From Octopus sinensis (lineage: Eukaryota), in contig NC_043001.1 of assembly GCF_006345805.1 (NCBI RefSeq), forward strand, positions 89,032,001 to 89,096,000: a DNA stretch of 64,000 bases. Reading direction: 5' to 3'. The position numbers and the translations under genes are program-made. This document shows positions 25,561 through 37,675 of the stretch, in pieces. Position 1 is the first letter of the stretch. The number at the start of each line of letters is the position of its first letter. The notes under the pieces were generated by a model. That model searched no databases. It had not been told where the DNA came from and saw only the letters and a list, made by a program, of their open reading frames with translations.

Positions 25561-28089
25561 AAAGAAAAGTATGATGGCTATATTTACACCTACTTTACAG
25601 TATTCAAAGCACATGACTCAGTGGCTAGAGTGTTGAGCTCACAATCATGAAGTAGTGAGTTCAATTCCTGGACTGAGCTGTGTGTTGTGTTTTTGAGCAA
25701 AACACTTTATTTCACATTGCTCCAGTTTCACTCAACTGTAGAAATGAGTTGCGACATCACTGATGCCAAGCTGTATTGGCCTTTGCTTTTCCCTTGGATA
25801 ACATCAGTGGCATGGAGAAAGGAGACTGGCTAATACAGCTTGGCACAAGTGATGTCGCAACTCACAAGTGATGTCGCAATGTATGTGTGTGTGTGTAATA
25901 CATTTTGTAAAAGAGACTGTCAAAGATGTTTGTGGATTGACAACATCAAAGAATGCATTGGAAACAAGAGCCTGGCAGATTGTATGCATGCAATACAACA
26001 CAGAGAGAAGGGGAGAGTCTTGGTAAGCTAACCCCTTGGACACATGGAGGGCATCTGGCTGGTACAGAGTTCAGTTCTATGTAGTGGCTTGCTAACCACT
26101 TTCTTCTGTCTTGTAGGGGTATTTACTCTATCTTCTAAGCTGTTTTCACAGCTGTTCTGCATTCAAGATTTACTTTATTTCCTGTAAAATACCAGCTTAC
26201 TTGGTGCTTTTAAGTTTGTTTATAAAAAGTGTTCTCACATATCGAAAGTTATCATTTAACATTATAAAAGATGGTATTCATTATCAGGGATCACTTACCT
26301 TAATGGTACAGAGTGCTCAGCTGGAATTTGAGAGGTACAGAGTTCAATTCTGTGTAGTGGCTTTCTGGCCACTTTCTTCCACCTTCTTAGGGTATTTACC
26401 TGATCTTCTAAGCTGTTTTCACAGCTATTCTGCATTTGAGATTTACTTTATTTTCTGTAATATATGTATGACCATCTCCTCCATTTTTCTTTTCAGCAAC
26501 TGCTGATGCAGCATAAAAATCACCTGTGCTGGCACCACATAAAAGGCATCTGTGCTGGTGCCACATAAAAAGCACCCAGTACTCTCTGTAAAGTAGTTGT
26601 TGTTAGGAAGGGCATCCGGCTGTAGAAAATGCATCAAAACAGACAACTAGAGCCTGGTGCAGCTCTCTGGCTTGTCAGCTCCTGTCAAACCATCTAACCC
26701 ATGCCAGCATGGAAAATGGACGTTAAATGATCATGACAATGATGGTGATGATAATGATGAGATGATTACTGTGCACTGTCAAGTTTGAAATGATGATTTG
26801 CATATTTATTTTTAATTTGTTCCAGCAGATTCAATGAAAATATGCTAGACCTATGTTTTACAGAAATAATAGATACATCTGTCTAATGATATCCATGAAA
26901 GTCGTAATAATGATTTGTGTATATGGTTTGATAAGATTGAATATAAATCTTTAAAACACTTCTGTACCCTCCAAAATCAATGGAATTGCTGAAAGAATTG
27001 TTACAAGTGTGAAAGGGGTTCAAAACCATACCCATAAAGTAACAATTCTATTAATGTATATTTAAGCCATAAAATTGTATTGAACTCAGGAAAATTTCTA
27101 AGTTCATCTGCTTTGATTGTTTGATTTACAGAATGTAATCACCAATAACTATATCATATGAAATTGCAGCTCTTGCTGGCATAATTGCAGAAGAAATGAT
27201 GAACAACAATGGCAATACCAAATGAAACTGCTGCTCTCTTTGGTATCACAAGAGAAATGATCATCTCAAGCAGGAAATAATACAGCTGTAATCCTTAAAG
27301 GTGAACAGAGCATATAAATGCATGTAAATCAACTATACAATAACATATATTGGTTTCAAATTTTGGGACAAAGGCAGCGATTTCGAGAGAGAGGACTAGT
27401 TGATTGAATTAACCCCAGTTCTTAACTGATACTTTATCAACCCTGAAAGAATTTGAACTTAGAACATAAAAATGAATGAAATCCTGCTAAGCATTTCACC
27501 CACTGTGCTAACAATTCTGCCACCTCACCGCCCTATGCAGTGATTTGTATATTGATAGTAAACAAAATGCTGAATCAGTCCCTCAAACTTTGAATGATAT
27601 TGCAAACTTAATTCATAAGGATGGGAATTAAAAGAAGAAGGTGATGATGGTGGTGGTGATGATGATTTTTGACAGCTGATACAAGAACAAAGGTTGTAAA
27701 TGATGTGAGACACAATCTATGAATAATGAAAGAAATAAAACTAATGCATTTTTCAGGATGCTATTAGATACTATGCTAAATCTTTTTGCATGATTGCACA
27801 TGATCGAAACTATTTAGAATGGCTTCTAGTTTGATGAAACAAATTGGCTATTCAGTTGAGGGAAAGGATTCCATGTGACCACAGCCATATTTCAATGAAC
27901 ACTCCACAATAACACATGCATAGACACACATGCATGCACACGTGTGTGCATGCACAAAAAAGCACACACACACACACACTTGCACAATAAGGTTTCTTAT
28001 TCACTTGGCACAAAAGTGTTTTATTTTGTTAGGGATGGCAATGATGAGCTGATAGAATTGATAAAATGTTATTAAAAAATATTATAATA

Positions 28090-28850
28090 TAAGGAACTTA
28101 CTGTATACAGTGCTTAGGTACACTGCAACTCATCAGAAAAAGTAACCAAAACTGCATGAACAGTATATAGGATATGCACAAGAACTGAACCATGAATAAG
28201 TCTTTAAAAAAACACAGAGTGGTGGGGGGTTCAAGTGTACTATTGGCAAATTTCAGGAAGCATGGAAGTTTCGAAGGCTGTAGAGTCTCAACAGCTAACA
28301 ACTGATGCATGTAGTTTATGCCATGCTTCAACAATTCTGAATGTGGAAAAATGTTTCCGAAAGTCATGGATGCTGTGTTGTTCTTTTGATTTTGTAAGCA
28401 TGTCCATGAGTGTTATCATCATTATCATCATCATCCTTATCATCATTTAACGTCTGTTTTCTATGCTGGCATGGGTTGGAATTCAAAAAGATGCTCAAGG
28501 TTGTTGTTGGAAAAATAGTGGATAATCTTGTGGGTGTCTACCAAGTCAGTTGCCAGAGACTGGAGCTTTACTGTGTCCATGACCAAGGAAGCAAGATGTT
28601 CAGAGTATGGTACTTGCCTGACAGTGGGTATTGGTCTGGTTGTACCTTTGTGAACTATTTCCTGGAGATTTATATGCAGAGCAAGATAGGGGTTCCAGAG
28701 TGGTGATGCACACTCTAAGTGTGGATGCACCATGGCCATATACAACTTTAATTAGATAACAGGAGAGCAGCAGACAAAGGTCGCACTGAATGATGTTAAG
28801 ACACCCTCAGTCTTCTTGACAATTTTAGAGATGTGGTTTGTCCAATGATT
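28090..28850 (-). mobile_element. CR1/L2-group LINE 3' fragment of the same family as 22541
   Basis: YMAMVHPHLECASPLWNPYL; interrupted by a short RTE tail at ~28410-28480. Confidence 0.8.
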
Positions 28851-28945
28851 TGCAGTTTTTGTCCTAGCTCTACATTGTGAATTCAAACCCCACTAGGATC
28901 AATTTTGCTCTTCATCTTTTTGGGGTTGATAAAATACAGTACCAG

Positions 28946-30987
28946 CCTACTATTTGTGGTACGAGGGAACTGTAATGCAGAGAATAAAATACAGTTCACC
29001 CACCTCTCGTTGGCTGTCCAGCTGTGTTAAGCCCAAACATGTGTCCTATCCATCTTACCTAATGTTAGCAGCTGCTACTACCAATCCCTGCTAGCTTGCT
29101 CCACTCACATCCATTTACCACGACTGACCTAGACTGAAAAAGGATGACCCTAGTCTTGCTTCCCTCACTTCTTGTCTCCCACTTCCTGTTCCAGTGGAGC
29201 CCCTTGAGTGTTGACATCACAGCCCTTTCCCTTCCGGTTCATCTCATCCCCATACATCCCCCACCTGATCTCAAAGATCACCTCCTCACTTCACTCTATG
29301 TAATCTTCCATCTTCCGCTCTTGCCCTCTCTAGGCTCTCCTGCATCATTGCCACCATCCCCTCTCCCACTTTGTCTCCCCAGTTTGTCCTGTCTGCTCAT
29401 CTCTTGATGTAGCTGCATGTTGTTCATAGCCTCCCTGCAGAAGAGAGAGAGGGCCTGCCTTTGTGCAGGTTGGGGGGGGGGTGAAGTTTGGGTCAAGCCC
29501 CTGAAGGCATGCTGCACATCTCAGTGGAACAGAGGAACAGTGACAGTGGTTAATTCCAAAAATATTGTTTCTGTGGATGGAATACCATGTCATGTCTTGG
29601 ATGTTCACAGAATTGTCACTTCATCGGACAATGAAGGTGGAGGAGATGAAGAGAATAAGGCCCCCTCCCCGCAGAGATTAGAGTGTGTGAGGCATCCACT
29701 TGGGTGATGGCAGATTTTGACATGGAGTGAACTGAGGAGGTGATCTTTGAGATCAGGGGTGGGGGAATGAGATGAAACAGAAGGAAAGGACTGTGATGTC
29801 AACAGTCAAGGGGCCCTTTCCTTCCAGTTCATCTCATCCCCACACACTCACTGATCTCAAAGATCACCTTACTTCACTCCATGTCGAAATCTGCCATCCA
29901 CTCAGGTGGATGCCTCACGTGCTGTGATCTTCACAGGGAAGGAGCCTTGTTCTCTTCAGCATTGGGGTTCCCCTTTTCAATGCTACTCTACCATCCACTG
30001 CTGACCATCACACACCAGCAGAAAATCTTTGTCCTCAATGGTGTAAGCAGTACAATCCCTCGTGGAGCTTGTTCCACTTGTGTCTCTTCACTACAACTGC
30101 TGCAGGCCAAAGGTGGATGACCCTGGTCTTGCTTCTCTCACTTCCTCTCTCCCCCTTCCTGATCCTGTGGGGCCCCTTGACTGCTGATGTCACAGCCCTT
30201 TCCTTCTGGTTCATCTCATCTGGAGATGGTGAAAACACAGATATACCAATTGAACGAAGAGGACACCAAATTATTGTTACAACCAACCACATATTTGTTA
30301 TTGGTCGATTTAACCCAACCTACTCAGGGTTGTTTAATGAGGTATGGTCCTTTAACATATCAACAAACTTATGGACAAAGTTTAAAACAACAGGTCCGGC
30401 ACTAACGCAGGTTGCTTCTCATTCAATGTGTCTTCTTGGAAACAACATATTTGTGTTTGGTAGATCAGGCCTGTCATTTGGCATGAACAGTGGCAATGCT
30501 ATTTATCAACTCGATCTTCTCAAGCCAACCATCATTAAATGGTGATGCTGCAAATTTCCCTTCAAAGAAATATGGGCATACTATGCATCGAACTGACAAT
30601 TACAAATACATCTGTGGTGGTACATGAATCTTACCATCTTGAACTTAGCACAAAATCTTGGGAATATATTGAATGTAAAAACCCACCAGAACCAAGACAT
30701 TGGCATGGAATTGTAATGCGGGGAATAAAATATGGTTTACCTACCTCTCATTGTTGGCTGTCCAGCTGTGTTAAGTCCAAACACATGCCCTACCTGTCTC
30801 ACCTAGTATTAGCCGTTGCTACTACCAATCCCTGCTAGCTTGCTCTACTCACATCCATTCACCATGACTGCCCCAGGCTGAAAGAGGGCGACCCTAGTCT
30901 TGCTTCCCTCACTTCCTATCTCCCCCTTCCTGTTCCGGTGGAGCTCCTTGACTGTTGACATCACAGCCCTTTCCTTCCAGTTCATCA
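28946..30987. mobile_element. Composite ~2-kb insertion with ~275-bp direct repeats (28971-29245 and 30712-30987, both starting TGTAATGC), extra partial and inverted copies, and the kelch fragment; interrupts a SINE
   Basis: The SINE is split between ...aaaatacagtaccag (28945) and gtgctggggtcgat... (30988). A partial direct copy lies at ~30110-30218 and an inverted pair at ~29655-29790 / 29813-29958. Confidence 0.7.
30219..30711 (+). pseudogene. KLHDC10: Kelch-repeat gene fragment resembling KLHDC10/slim, frameshifted
   Basis: PIERRGHQI...IFVIGRFNP..LFNEVWSFNISTNLW...VASHSMCLLGNNIFVFGRSGLSFGMNSGNAIYQLDL, then shifted frames PSKKYGHTM..YICGG and YHLELSTKSW...PEPRHWHGI. This follows the kelch 1-4 order of KLHDC10 as I recall it (GGYNP, ASMSLVLHGNNLLVFGGTGIPFG, YGQ, PEERYRHE). 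Confidence 0.75.
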
Positions 30988-31437
30988 GTGCTGGGGTCGA
31001 TGGTATTGACTAATATCCACCCTTCAAATTTGTTGGCCTTGTGCCTAAATTAGAAATCATTTTGTTAGGAGTGGGAATGGGAAAACAGGAAGTTGGTTTA
31101 TTCATCATATCTTTACCATAGGCATTAACAAGGTAAGTGATGCAGTCTAAATCTGCAAATGAAACTGTGCTGTCATGAACCTACCACCTATTCTACTGTA
31201 TCACCCCCACTTTCCATTTACACAGAAGATACAAGCTGTCGAATTACTGAACAGTCAACAAAAGGTTTTTTTGTTTAAGGAGTGGTTTATCAGGTATTTA
31301 TAGAGTGTGACCTACATAGTTTTAACTTTGGAATAATTTAATCAAAATGTATGAGAGAAAAAATACTGAAGAATCTTTGTAAAAAGTCATGAGTTACCAA
31401 CATTTGTGCTTACCTCATTCATACACATTCTTCTACT

Positions 31438-31470
<33 letters not shown>

Positions 31471-31506
31471 TACATGCATTATAAATGTCTATATAGATAT
31501 TATAAA

Positions 31507-31542
<36 letters not shown>

Positions 31543-31545
<3 letters not shown>

Positions 31546-31826
31546 TTCACTGAGTTTACATATATACAGATACGAAGTCCAGGCAAATATCACCAGCCGA
31601 CCGGTGTCTGCTACTCTAGGCCGATGAAGGACAATGATCCTGAAACACGGTGTCCCTAGATGCGGTTCCAGCGGTTGGGGGTGTTTGTCTCCCCTTCGTA
31701 TATGTATATAAGGACACAGGGAAAAAATGTGTCGAAGCTGTCAGGAAGCGTTCGATGCCTCCTAGGGCTATACAACGGTGGTGTACCCCCTACTGTCACG
31801 TTCTTGTTAGATTGACAGTATACAAC

Positions 31827-31831
<5 letters not shown>
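31543..31831 (+). mobile_element. ~290-bp structured, CpG-retaining non-coding element with a hammerhead ribozyme, inserted in (TA)n (retrozyme-like)
   Basis: Bounded by pure (TA)n on both sides, has no meaningful ORF, and contains an HHR plus several hairpins. Confidence 0.75.
31615..31660 (+). ncRNA. Type I hammerhead ribozyme (U4C core variant); predicted cleavage after C31654 (GUC)
   Basis: TCTAGG | CCGATGA | AGGA-caatga-TCCT | GAAA | CAC-G-GTG | T C | CCTAGA: perfect 6-bp stem I, 4-bp stem II, near-palindromic stem III. Confidence 0.85.
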
Positions 31832-31880
<49 letters not shown>

Positions 31881-32247
31881 ATAGATAGATAGATAGACAG
31901 AGAGAGAGAGAGTTGCCTCTGTGTGTCTGCTCTTTTATTTAGAAACTACAAAATGACCATCCACAAAACCATATCTTCTATCTTTTACTTGTTTCAGGCT
32001 TTGGAATATGGCCATGCTGGGGCACCACGTTGAAGGGGTTTAGTTAAACAAATTGATCCAACACTTAATTTTAAGTCTGTTGCTTATTCTATCAGTCTAT
32101 TTTTGCTGACATATAAACAAACCAATACCAATTGTCAAGTAGTGGTGGGGGACAAATACACACACACACATATATGTATGTATGTGTGTGTGTGAATGTA
32201 TGTATATATATGTATGTATGTATGTATGTGTGTATATATATATATAT

Positions 32248-32299
<52 letters not shown>

Positions 32300-32753
32300 G
32301 TATATCAAAAGGATGTGTTATAATACTATTCCACAGCTATACCAACAATTCAACATATCTCCATCATCAGCTGCCCCACGGATATCATTATGGTTTTGAC
32401 ACCTGGGCAGTACCATTTAATCTGGCAGTGTCAACAGCACTAAAATAAGTGTTGTTTGGGAACTAAGAAACCAAAGAAACCACAACTTCAAACACATTTA
32501 CCCAATGTACAACTGTATCAATAAATAAATTCCATAAGTAAATTACAACCCCTCTAAATATGTAACTAAACAGTGACAATTCTATGAAGTCATAAAAAAT
32601 TACATTTATGAATGTATGTATATATATATATGTGTGTGTGTGTGTAAGTATGTGTATGCATATGTAGGTGTATGCATATGTAGGTGAAATAAAACGAGAC
32701 AACAAAGCCAAGGCAGTCTGAAAGTTCTAGGATATTTTATAAAGAAAAGGGTA

Positions 32754-32801
32754 GTCTTACAGCTGTTTCAGGGATATAAAAGATATCCCATCATCAGAAA
32801 T
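32754..32801 (-). ncRNA. Minimal type I hammerhead ribozyme (left-arm copy)
   Basis: Minus strand attt | CTGATGA | tGGGATATcttttATATCCCt | GAAA | CAGCTGT A | agac; core and stems II/III are identical to the right arm. Confidence 0.83.
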
Positions 32802-32977
32802 GATATGAGAGAGTTAAATAGAAGGAAATAGTAGAGTTCAATATAAGAAGTTATTTTGGAGAGGGAGAGATATTGGAGATATAAAGGGAAATATTTATAT
32901 TTCCTACATCTCTCCCTCTCCAAAATAACTTTTTATATTGAACTCTACTATTTCTTTCTATTCAACTCTCTCATATC

Positions 32978-33025
32978 GTCTCTGATGATGGGATATCTTT
33001 TATATCCCTGAAACAGCTGTAAAAC
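32978..33025 (+). ncRNA. Minimal type I hammerhead ribozyme; predicted GUA site at 33021
   Basis: gtct | CTGATGA | t GGGATAT-ctttt-ATATCCC t | GAAA | CAGCTG T A | aaac: canonical core and palindromic stem III ACAGCTGT. Confidence 0.85.
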
Positions 33026-33769
33026 TACCCCTCTCTTTATAAAATGTCCTAAAACTTTTGCATTGCTTTGGCTTTGTTGTCTCATTTTAGTTAACCTATA
33101 CATGCTCACACATGGCCTGCATTTGACTCATCACCAGTGGCAGCTCATAGATAAAATTAGTTGAGATGCTGCTTCAGAAAATGTTTAGCTGTTGTTTTAG
33201 TAGGAAACAAACATATAGGAAGAAAGTTTATACATAAATTTGATCGATTCGCATTTTAGCCGCTGCCGAGTAGTGTGTTTAATTTATTCACTGAACACCA
33301 CCACAAATTCGCCCTCCTTTTTCAAAAATCCCCCTTTGCCCCCCACAAATGACAAAATAAAGGAGGGGGGAATGTGCCTTAGTTTTCAAATCCTGGCAGC
33401 AGGATAATAATCTAATTCTACACTTTATTACATTCAAGAATATAAACACATTTTTAAGCACAACACACGTGTAGTCAAAAAGAAACACTAACTTTCACCA
33501 GAACACAAAGGTCGGCACTGTCATTCATGCACTGCTCTCTCTTCCTAGTGTGAAGCTTCCTATCTTGGACATGTGAGCATGCACACAACAGCCAACACTG
33601 TCGCTGGAACTGAAGTGCATGGTTCTATACAAGGATATTTGTATTTTTTTCATAAACTAGGGGATGGCTACTGACATTAAGCTTAAGGATTATATAATGT
33701 ACAAGTATAAAGAAAGAATTAAAGAAAAAAGGACTCATAATATTGAATGTTATCGATAATATCAAGTGG

Positions 33770-34320
33770 AAATAGGGTGTGCTGCAGTTCCGCAGTGCCT
33801 ATACACAAGCTGCCACTGCTCCTCACTCACACTATTATCGAACCAGGAGTTTAACAGTGTTCTTTCCAAAGCACTTACATAGCCTTTTGAATCTTATGGA
33901 TACCAACCTCTCCATCTGGCTCATTCCCCTGCTCTCACCCATGCTGCCACACTTGCTCCTACCTCTCCAACACCACCATCCTCACAGGAACCCATCATCA
34001 TCCCTATCATATCACTGACTCCTTTACCTGCACTTCTAGCAACATCATTTACTGCATCTCCTGCTCTGTCTGCCCTACTCTGTACATCAGTCAAACAGGA
34101 GGCTGCTTGGCTGACCAGTTCATGGAGCACCTCTGAGACATTAGACTCAGCAATGACACCCCAGTCTTGTAACATTTCTACTCTACCAGTCATTCATTAT
34201 AACACTTGTCTGTGTTCAGATTGTCTTTGCATAGGGGCCATCCGGACTCCTACCTTCTCTAAGAACAGAAATTAATCTTCTCTCTTCACTCCTTTGTGCC
34301 ACATGGGGGAAACCCCCCTC
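33770..34320 (+). mobile_element. Degraded Penelope-like GIY-YIG endonuclease remnant
   Basis: Plus-strand translation near 34000-34150: HPYHITDSFTCTSSNIIYCISCSVCPTLYISQTGGCLADQFMEHL*DIR, matching the FTC.S.N..Y...C..C...YIGQT...L..R..EH pattern. Confidence 0.75.
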
Positions 34321-35656
34321 CCCTCTTCATCTGACACCTACTTCTCTTTACTCCTACCCACCTCTCCTCTCTTGTCTTGACACCTACTTCCTCTCTTCAC
34401 TCCTACCCACCTTCTCTCTTCATTCATACCCCCTCCATCTACCCCCACATACCCCATCCTCCACCCCCACAAGACAAAGACAAAGAATCCACAACTGAGG
34501 GAGGAGTAGTATTGAGAGAAGTGGCTTTGTGCCAGTAACCAAAAGGGAAACTTCTATGGGGTAGCTCAACTTGCTAAAAATAGCTGCCAACTCACATACA
34601 AATCACACCTTACTGTTTTATGTTTGTATTAGCCAATGTGGGGACCACTACATAACCGTTAGACTTGCTAGTAGTAGTAGTAGCCAAATCTCTCAAATTA
34701 CACCCTACTTCTCTTTTGCATAAAAGTTGTGCAACTCTGTTCTTAGTAACACTATTTCTGATGAGGCCTATACACCTTTTCCTCTTCACGATTCTTTTAT
34801 TTTTCACTTTTCTGTCTTTGTATTTTGGTATTTCTTGACACAGTGCAAAGGTCATGTCAAAACATGAACCATAGAATAACATAAGATTCTGTCACCTGTC
34901 ACTCCCGACTAAATGTTTGAACAAATAATAAAAAAAAAAACCGGCCAGGGTACTGCAGGAGTTATTTCCCTTGCAACGTTTTTACCGTGCAAGACTGCTG
35001 TATGTATTTACCTATATATTATCTAACAACAACTTTGGTTATGATTATTAATTCAATACCTCTATCACTTTTCAACATGCTTATAAAATATATAAAAAGA
35101 ACAGAGCTGCGCACCTGATTCTCAGAAATATTTTTTCAAGCTCAGAATTATTAAACCGTGGAATAAACTACCCACACCAGTAAGCTGTCTGGACAATGCA
35201 TCCTTCAAAAATTCCATGGTTCTTGAAAGTTACCAACACTATTTCTGATGTGCCTATGCACCTTTTCTTCTTCTTCACGATTCTTTTACAGTTCACTTTT
35301 CTGTCTTTGTAGTTTGGTATGTCTACTGGGCATGTACTTTTAACTACCATTGCTGTCTTTCTTTGACTTATTGCTGCTTTCTAAACCCCTTTTTTACCTT
35401 TTTCCAACCAGTTGTGATGCATCTGAGCACTGTATACAATAAGCTCAATCATTATCATTATTATAATTATTATTAAGGCGGCAAACTGGCAGAATCGTTA
35501 GTACACCGGGCAAAATGCTTAACATCATTTTGTCTCACCTTATGCTTTGAGTTCAAATTCCACCAAGGTAGACTTTGCCTTTCATCCTTTTGGGGTCAAT
35601 GTCATCAACTAACCTCCCCCAAAGTTTCAAGCTTTGTGCCTATTGCAGAAAGGATT

Positions 35657-36023
35657 ATTACCTCTTCTTTAACAAAGGCAGAGATATTGTTTTCAGTTGT
35701 GTTTGTTCGTTTATTTGTTTGTCCAGGCACAAGATATCTCCAGAACTGCTGGATGAATTCAGATGAAACTTTCAGGGATGTTTGGCCTCATGACTGACAC
35801 AAACTGATTAGATTTGGGGATAGATCCGGTACTGGACAAAGATTCTGGATTATTTTTCCTGTTTTTTTACTTAATTTTTGAGAGTGGTCAGGTTCATTTT
35901 TAGTATTCTCGTTTGTGAGAGAAGTCGAGTTTATTTCAGATATTCTCATTTTAAAAATCATCTCTGGCTAATCGTTGAGAGGACACTGGTGTTGCCTTGG
36001 TGGAGGTTTGCACTCTCTGAGCG

Positions 36024-36025
<2 letters not shown>
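35657..36025 (+). mobile_element. Helentron/DINE-like element, copy 2
   Basis: Colinear with 2597-2962. Confidence 0.65.
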
Positions 36026-36063
<38 letters not shown>

Positions 36064-36064
<1 letters not shown>

Positions 36065-36712
36065 GGTGGTGAGCTGGAAGAATGCTTAGTGACTTTTGTT
36101 TTGGCTCTTTACATTCAAATTCTGCTGAGGTCAACTTTGCCTTTCATCTTTTCAGAGTTGACGAGCCAAGTACCAGTTGGGCACTGGAGATGATGTAATC
36201 AACTGATTACCTCTCCTTAAAGTTGCTGGCCTTGTGCCAAAATTTGAAACCATTAAGGCAGAAAGCTGGCAGAATCTTTAGCACCTGAGACAAAATGCTT
36301 AGTGGCATTTCTTCAGGCTCTTTATACTCCGAGTTCAAATTCTGCTGGGGTTGACGTCACCTTTCATGCCTTCAGGGTTGATAAAATAAGCACCAGTTGA
36401 GCACTGGTATCAATGAAATCAACTAACCTTCCCTTGCCCAAAATTTCAGGCCTTGTGCTTATAGTAAAATGGATTATTACTGTTATTGTCAATATTTTTA
36501 AGGTGGCGAACTGGCAGAATCATTAGCATGCTAGACAAAATGCTTTGCGGAATTTCATCTGTCTTTACGTTCTGAGTTCAAATTCTGCCTTGATTTACTT
36601 TACCTTTCATCCTTATGGGGTGGATAAATTAAGTACCAGTGGAACACTGGGGTTGATGTAATCAACTAGTCCCCTCCCCCAAAATTTCAGACACTGTGCC
36701 TATAGTAGAAAT
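36064..36712 (+). mobile_element. Three head-to-tail family A SINEs (a similar pair at 53093-53552)
   Basis: aagg..g.gagctgg.agaa heads at ~36064, ~36256 and ~36500. Confidence 0.8.
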
Positions 36713-37109
36713 TTTATCCATGATAAATTTTGTTATTGGTCTGTTTTAGATGAGGTCTGACATGAGGCGAAACAGCTGCTGCTAATGGACAATACGTTAT
36801 GAGCATTATCACATTTACAAAATTATTTTTGTAAGAAAAACTTATGTTCACTAAATAGCTATGTTGATATTACAAAGGCCAGTAATTTTTTGTAAATGAC
36901 ATTCACTGTGGACTGGAATGTTACAGTGTTTAATGTTCTTCATTAGAAACACAGTGCAGAGGTCATGTCAGAACACGAACCATCGACTAACAAGATTCTG
37001 TCACCTGTGACAGGTGACTAAATGTTTGGGCAAATAAAGAAACGGATCAAGGCACTGCAGGAGTTATTTCCCTTGCAACCTTTTTTACCGTGGACGAGTG
37101 TTGTATGTC

Positions 37110-37675
37110 GTCGTCATCATCATCATCGTTTAACATCCACTTTCCATGCTAGCATGGGTTGGACGATTTGACTGAGGTCTGGCAAACCAGATGGCTGCAC
37201 TAGGCTCCAATCTTGATCTGGCAGAGTTTCTACAGCTGGATGCCCTTCCTAACGCCAACCACTCCGAGAGTGTAGTGGGTACTTTTATGTGCCACCAGCA
37301 CGAGGGCCAGTCAGGCAGTACTGGTAATGGCCACACTCAAATGGTGCTTTTTATGTGCCCCCTGCACAGGAGCCAGTCCAGCGGCACTGCCAACGACCTC
37401 GCTCAAATGCTTTTTTTTCAAGTGCCACCAGCACAGGTGCCAGTAAGGTGTCGCAGGTAACAATCACGCTTGAATGGGGCTTTTTACGTGACACAGGTAC
37501 GGAAGCCAGTTTGTTGCTCTGGCTCAGATGGTATTCTTAGCACTCCACTAGCACAGATACCAGTCATCGAATTTGGTTTCGATTTCCTCAACAGGTCTTT
37601 GCAAGCAGAGTTTAGTGTCCAATGAAGGAAAGGTACACATAAGTGGGCTGGTTACACCCCTGGCATAAGCCATGA
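37110..37675 (-). mobile_element. RTE 3'-end fragment
   Basis: Same 3' UTR and tail motifs as 15461-15950. Confidence 0.75.

Larger units (their letters stand above)
32680..33097. mobile_element. ~420-bp palindromic element (arms ~32680-32873 and ~32906-33097) with a hammerhead in each arm
   Basis: The arms are diverged reverse complements (e.g. aaaacgagacaacaaagcca / tggctttgttgtctcatttt) around a ~30-bp spacer; a TG/TA repeat lies to the left. Confidence 0.85.

Noticed and set aside
34755-34790. CTGATGAGGCC as a hammerhead start
   Set aside because: No stem II closure or GAAA follows; it is part of a CR1-like 3' tail also seen near 35235.
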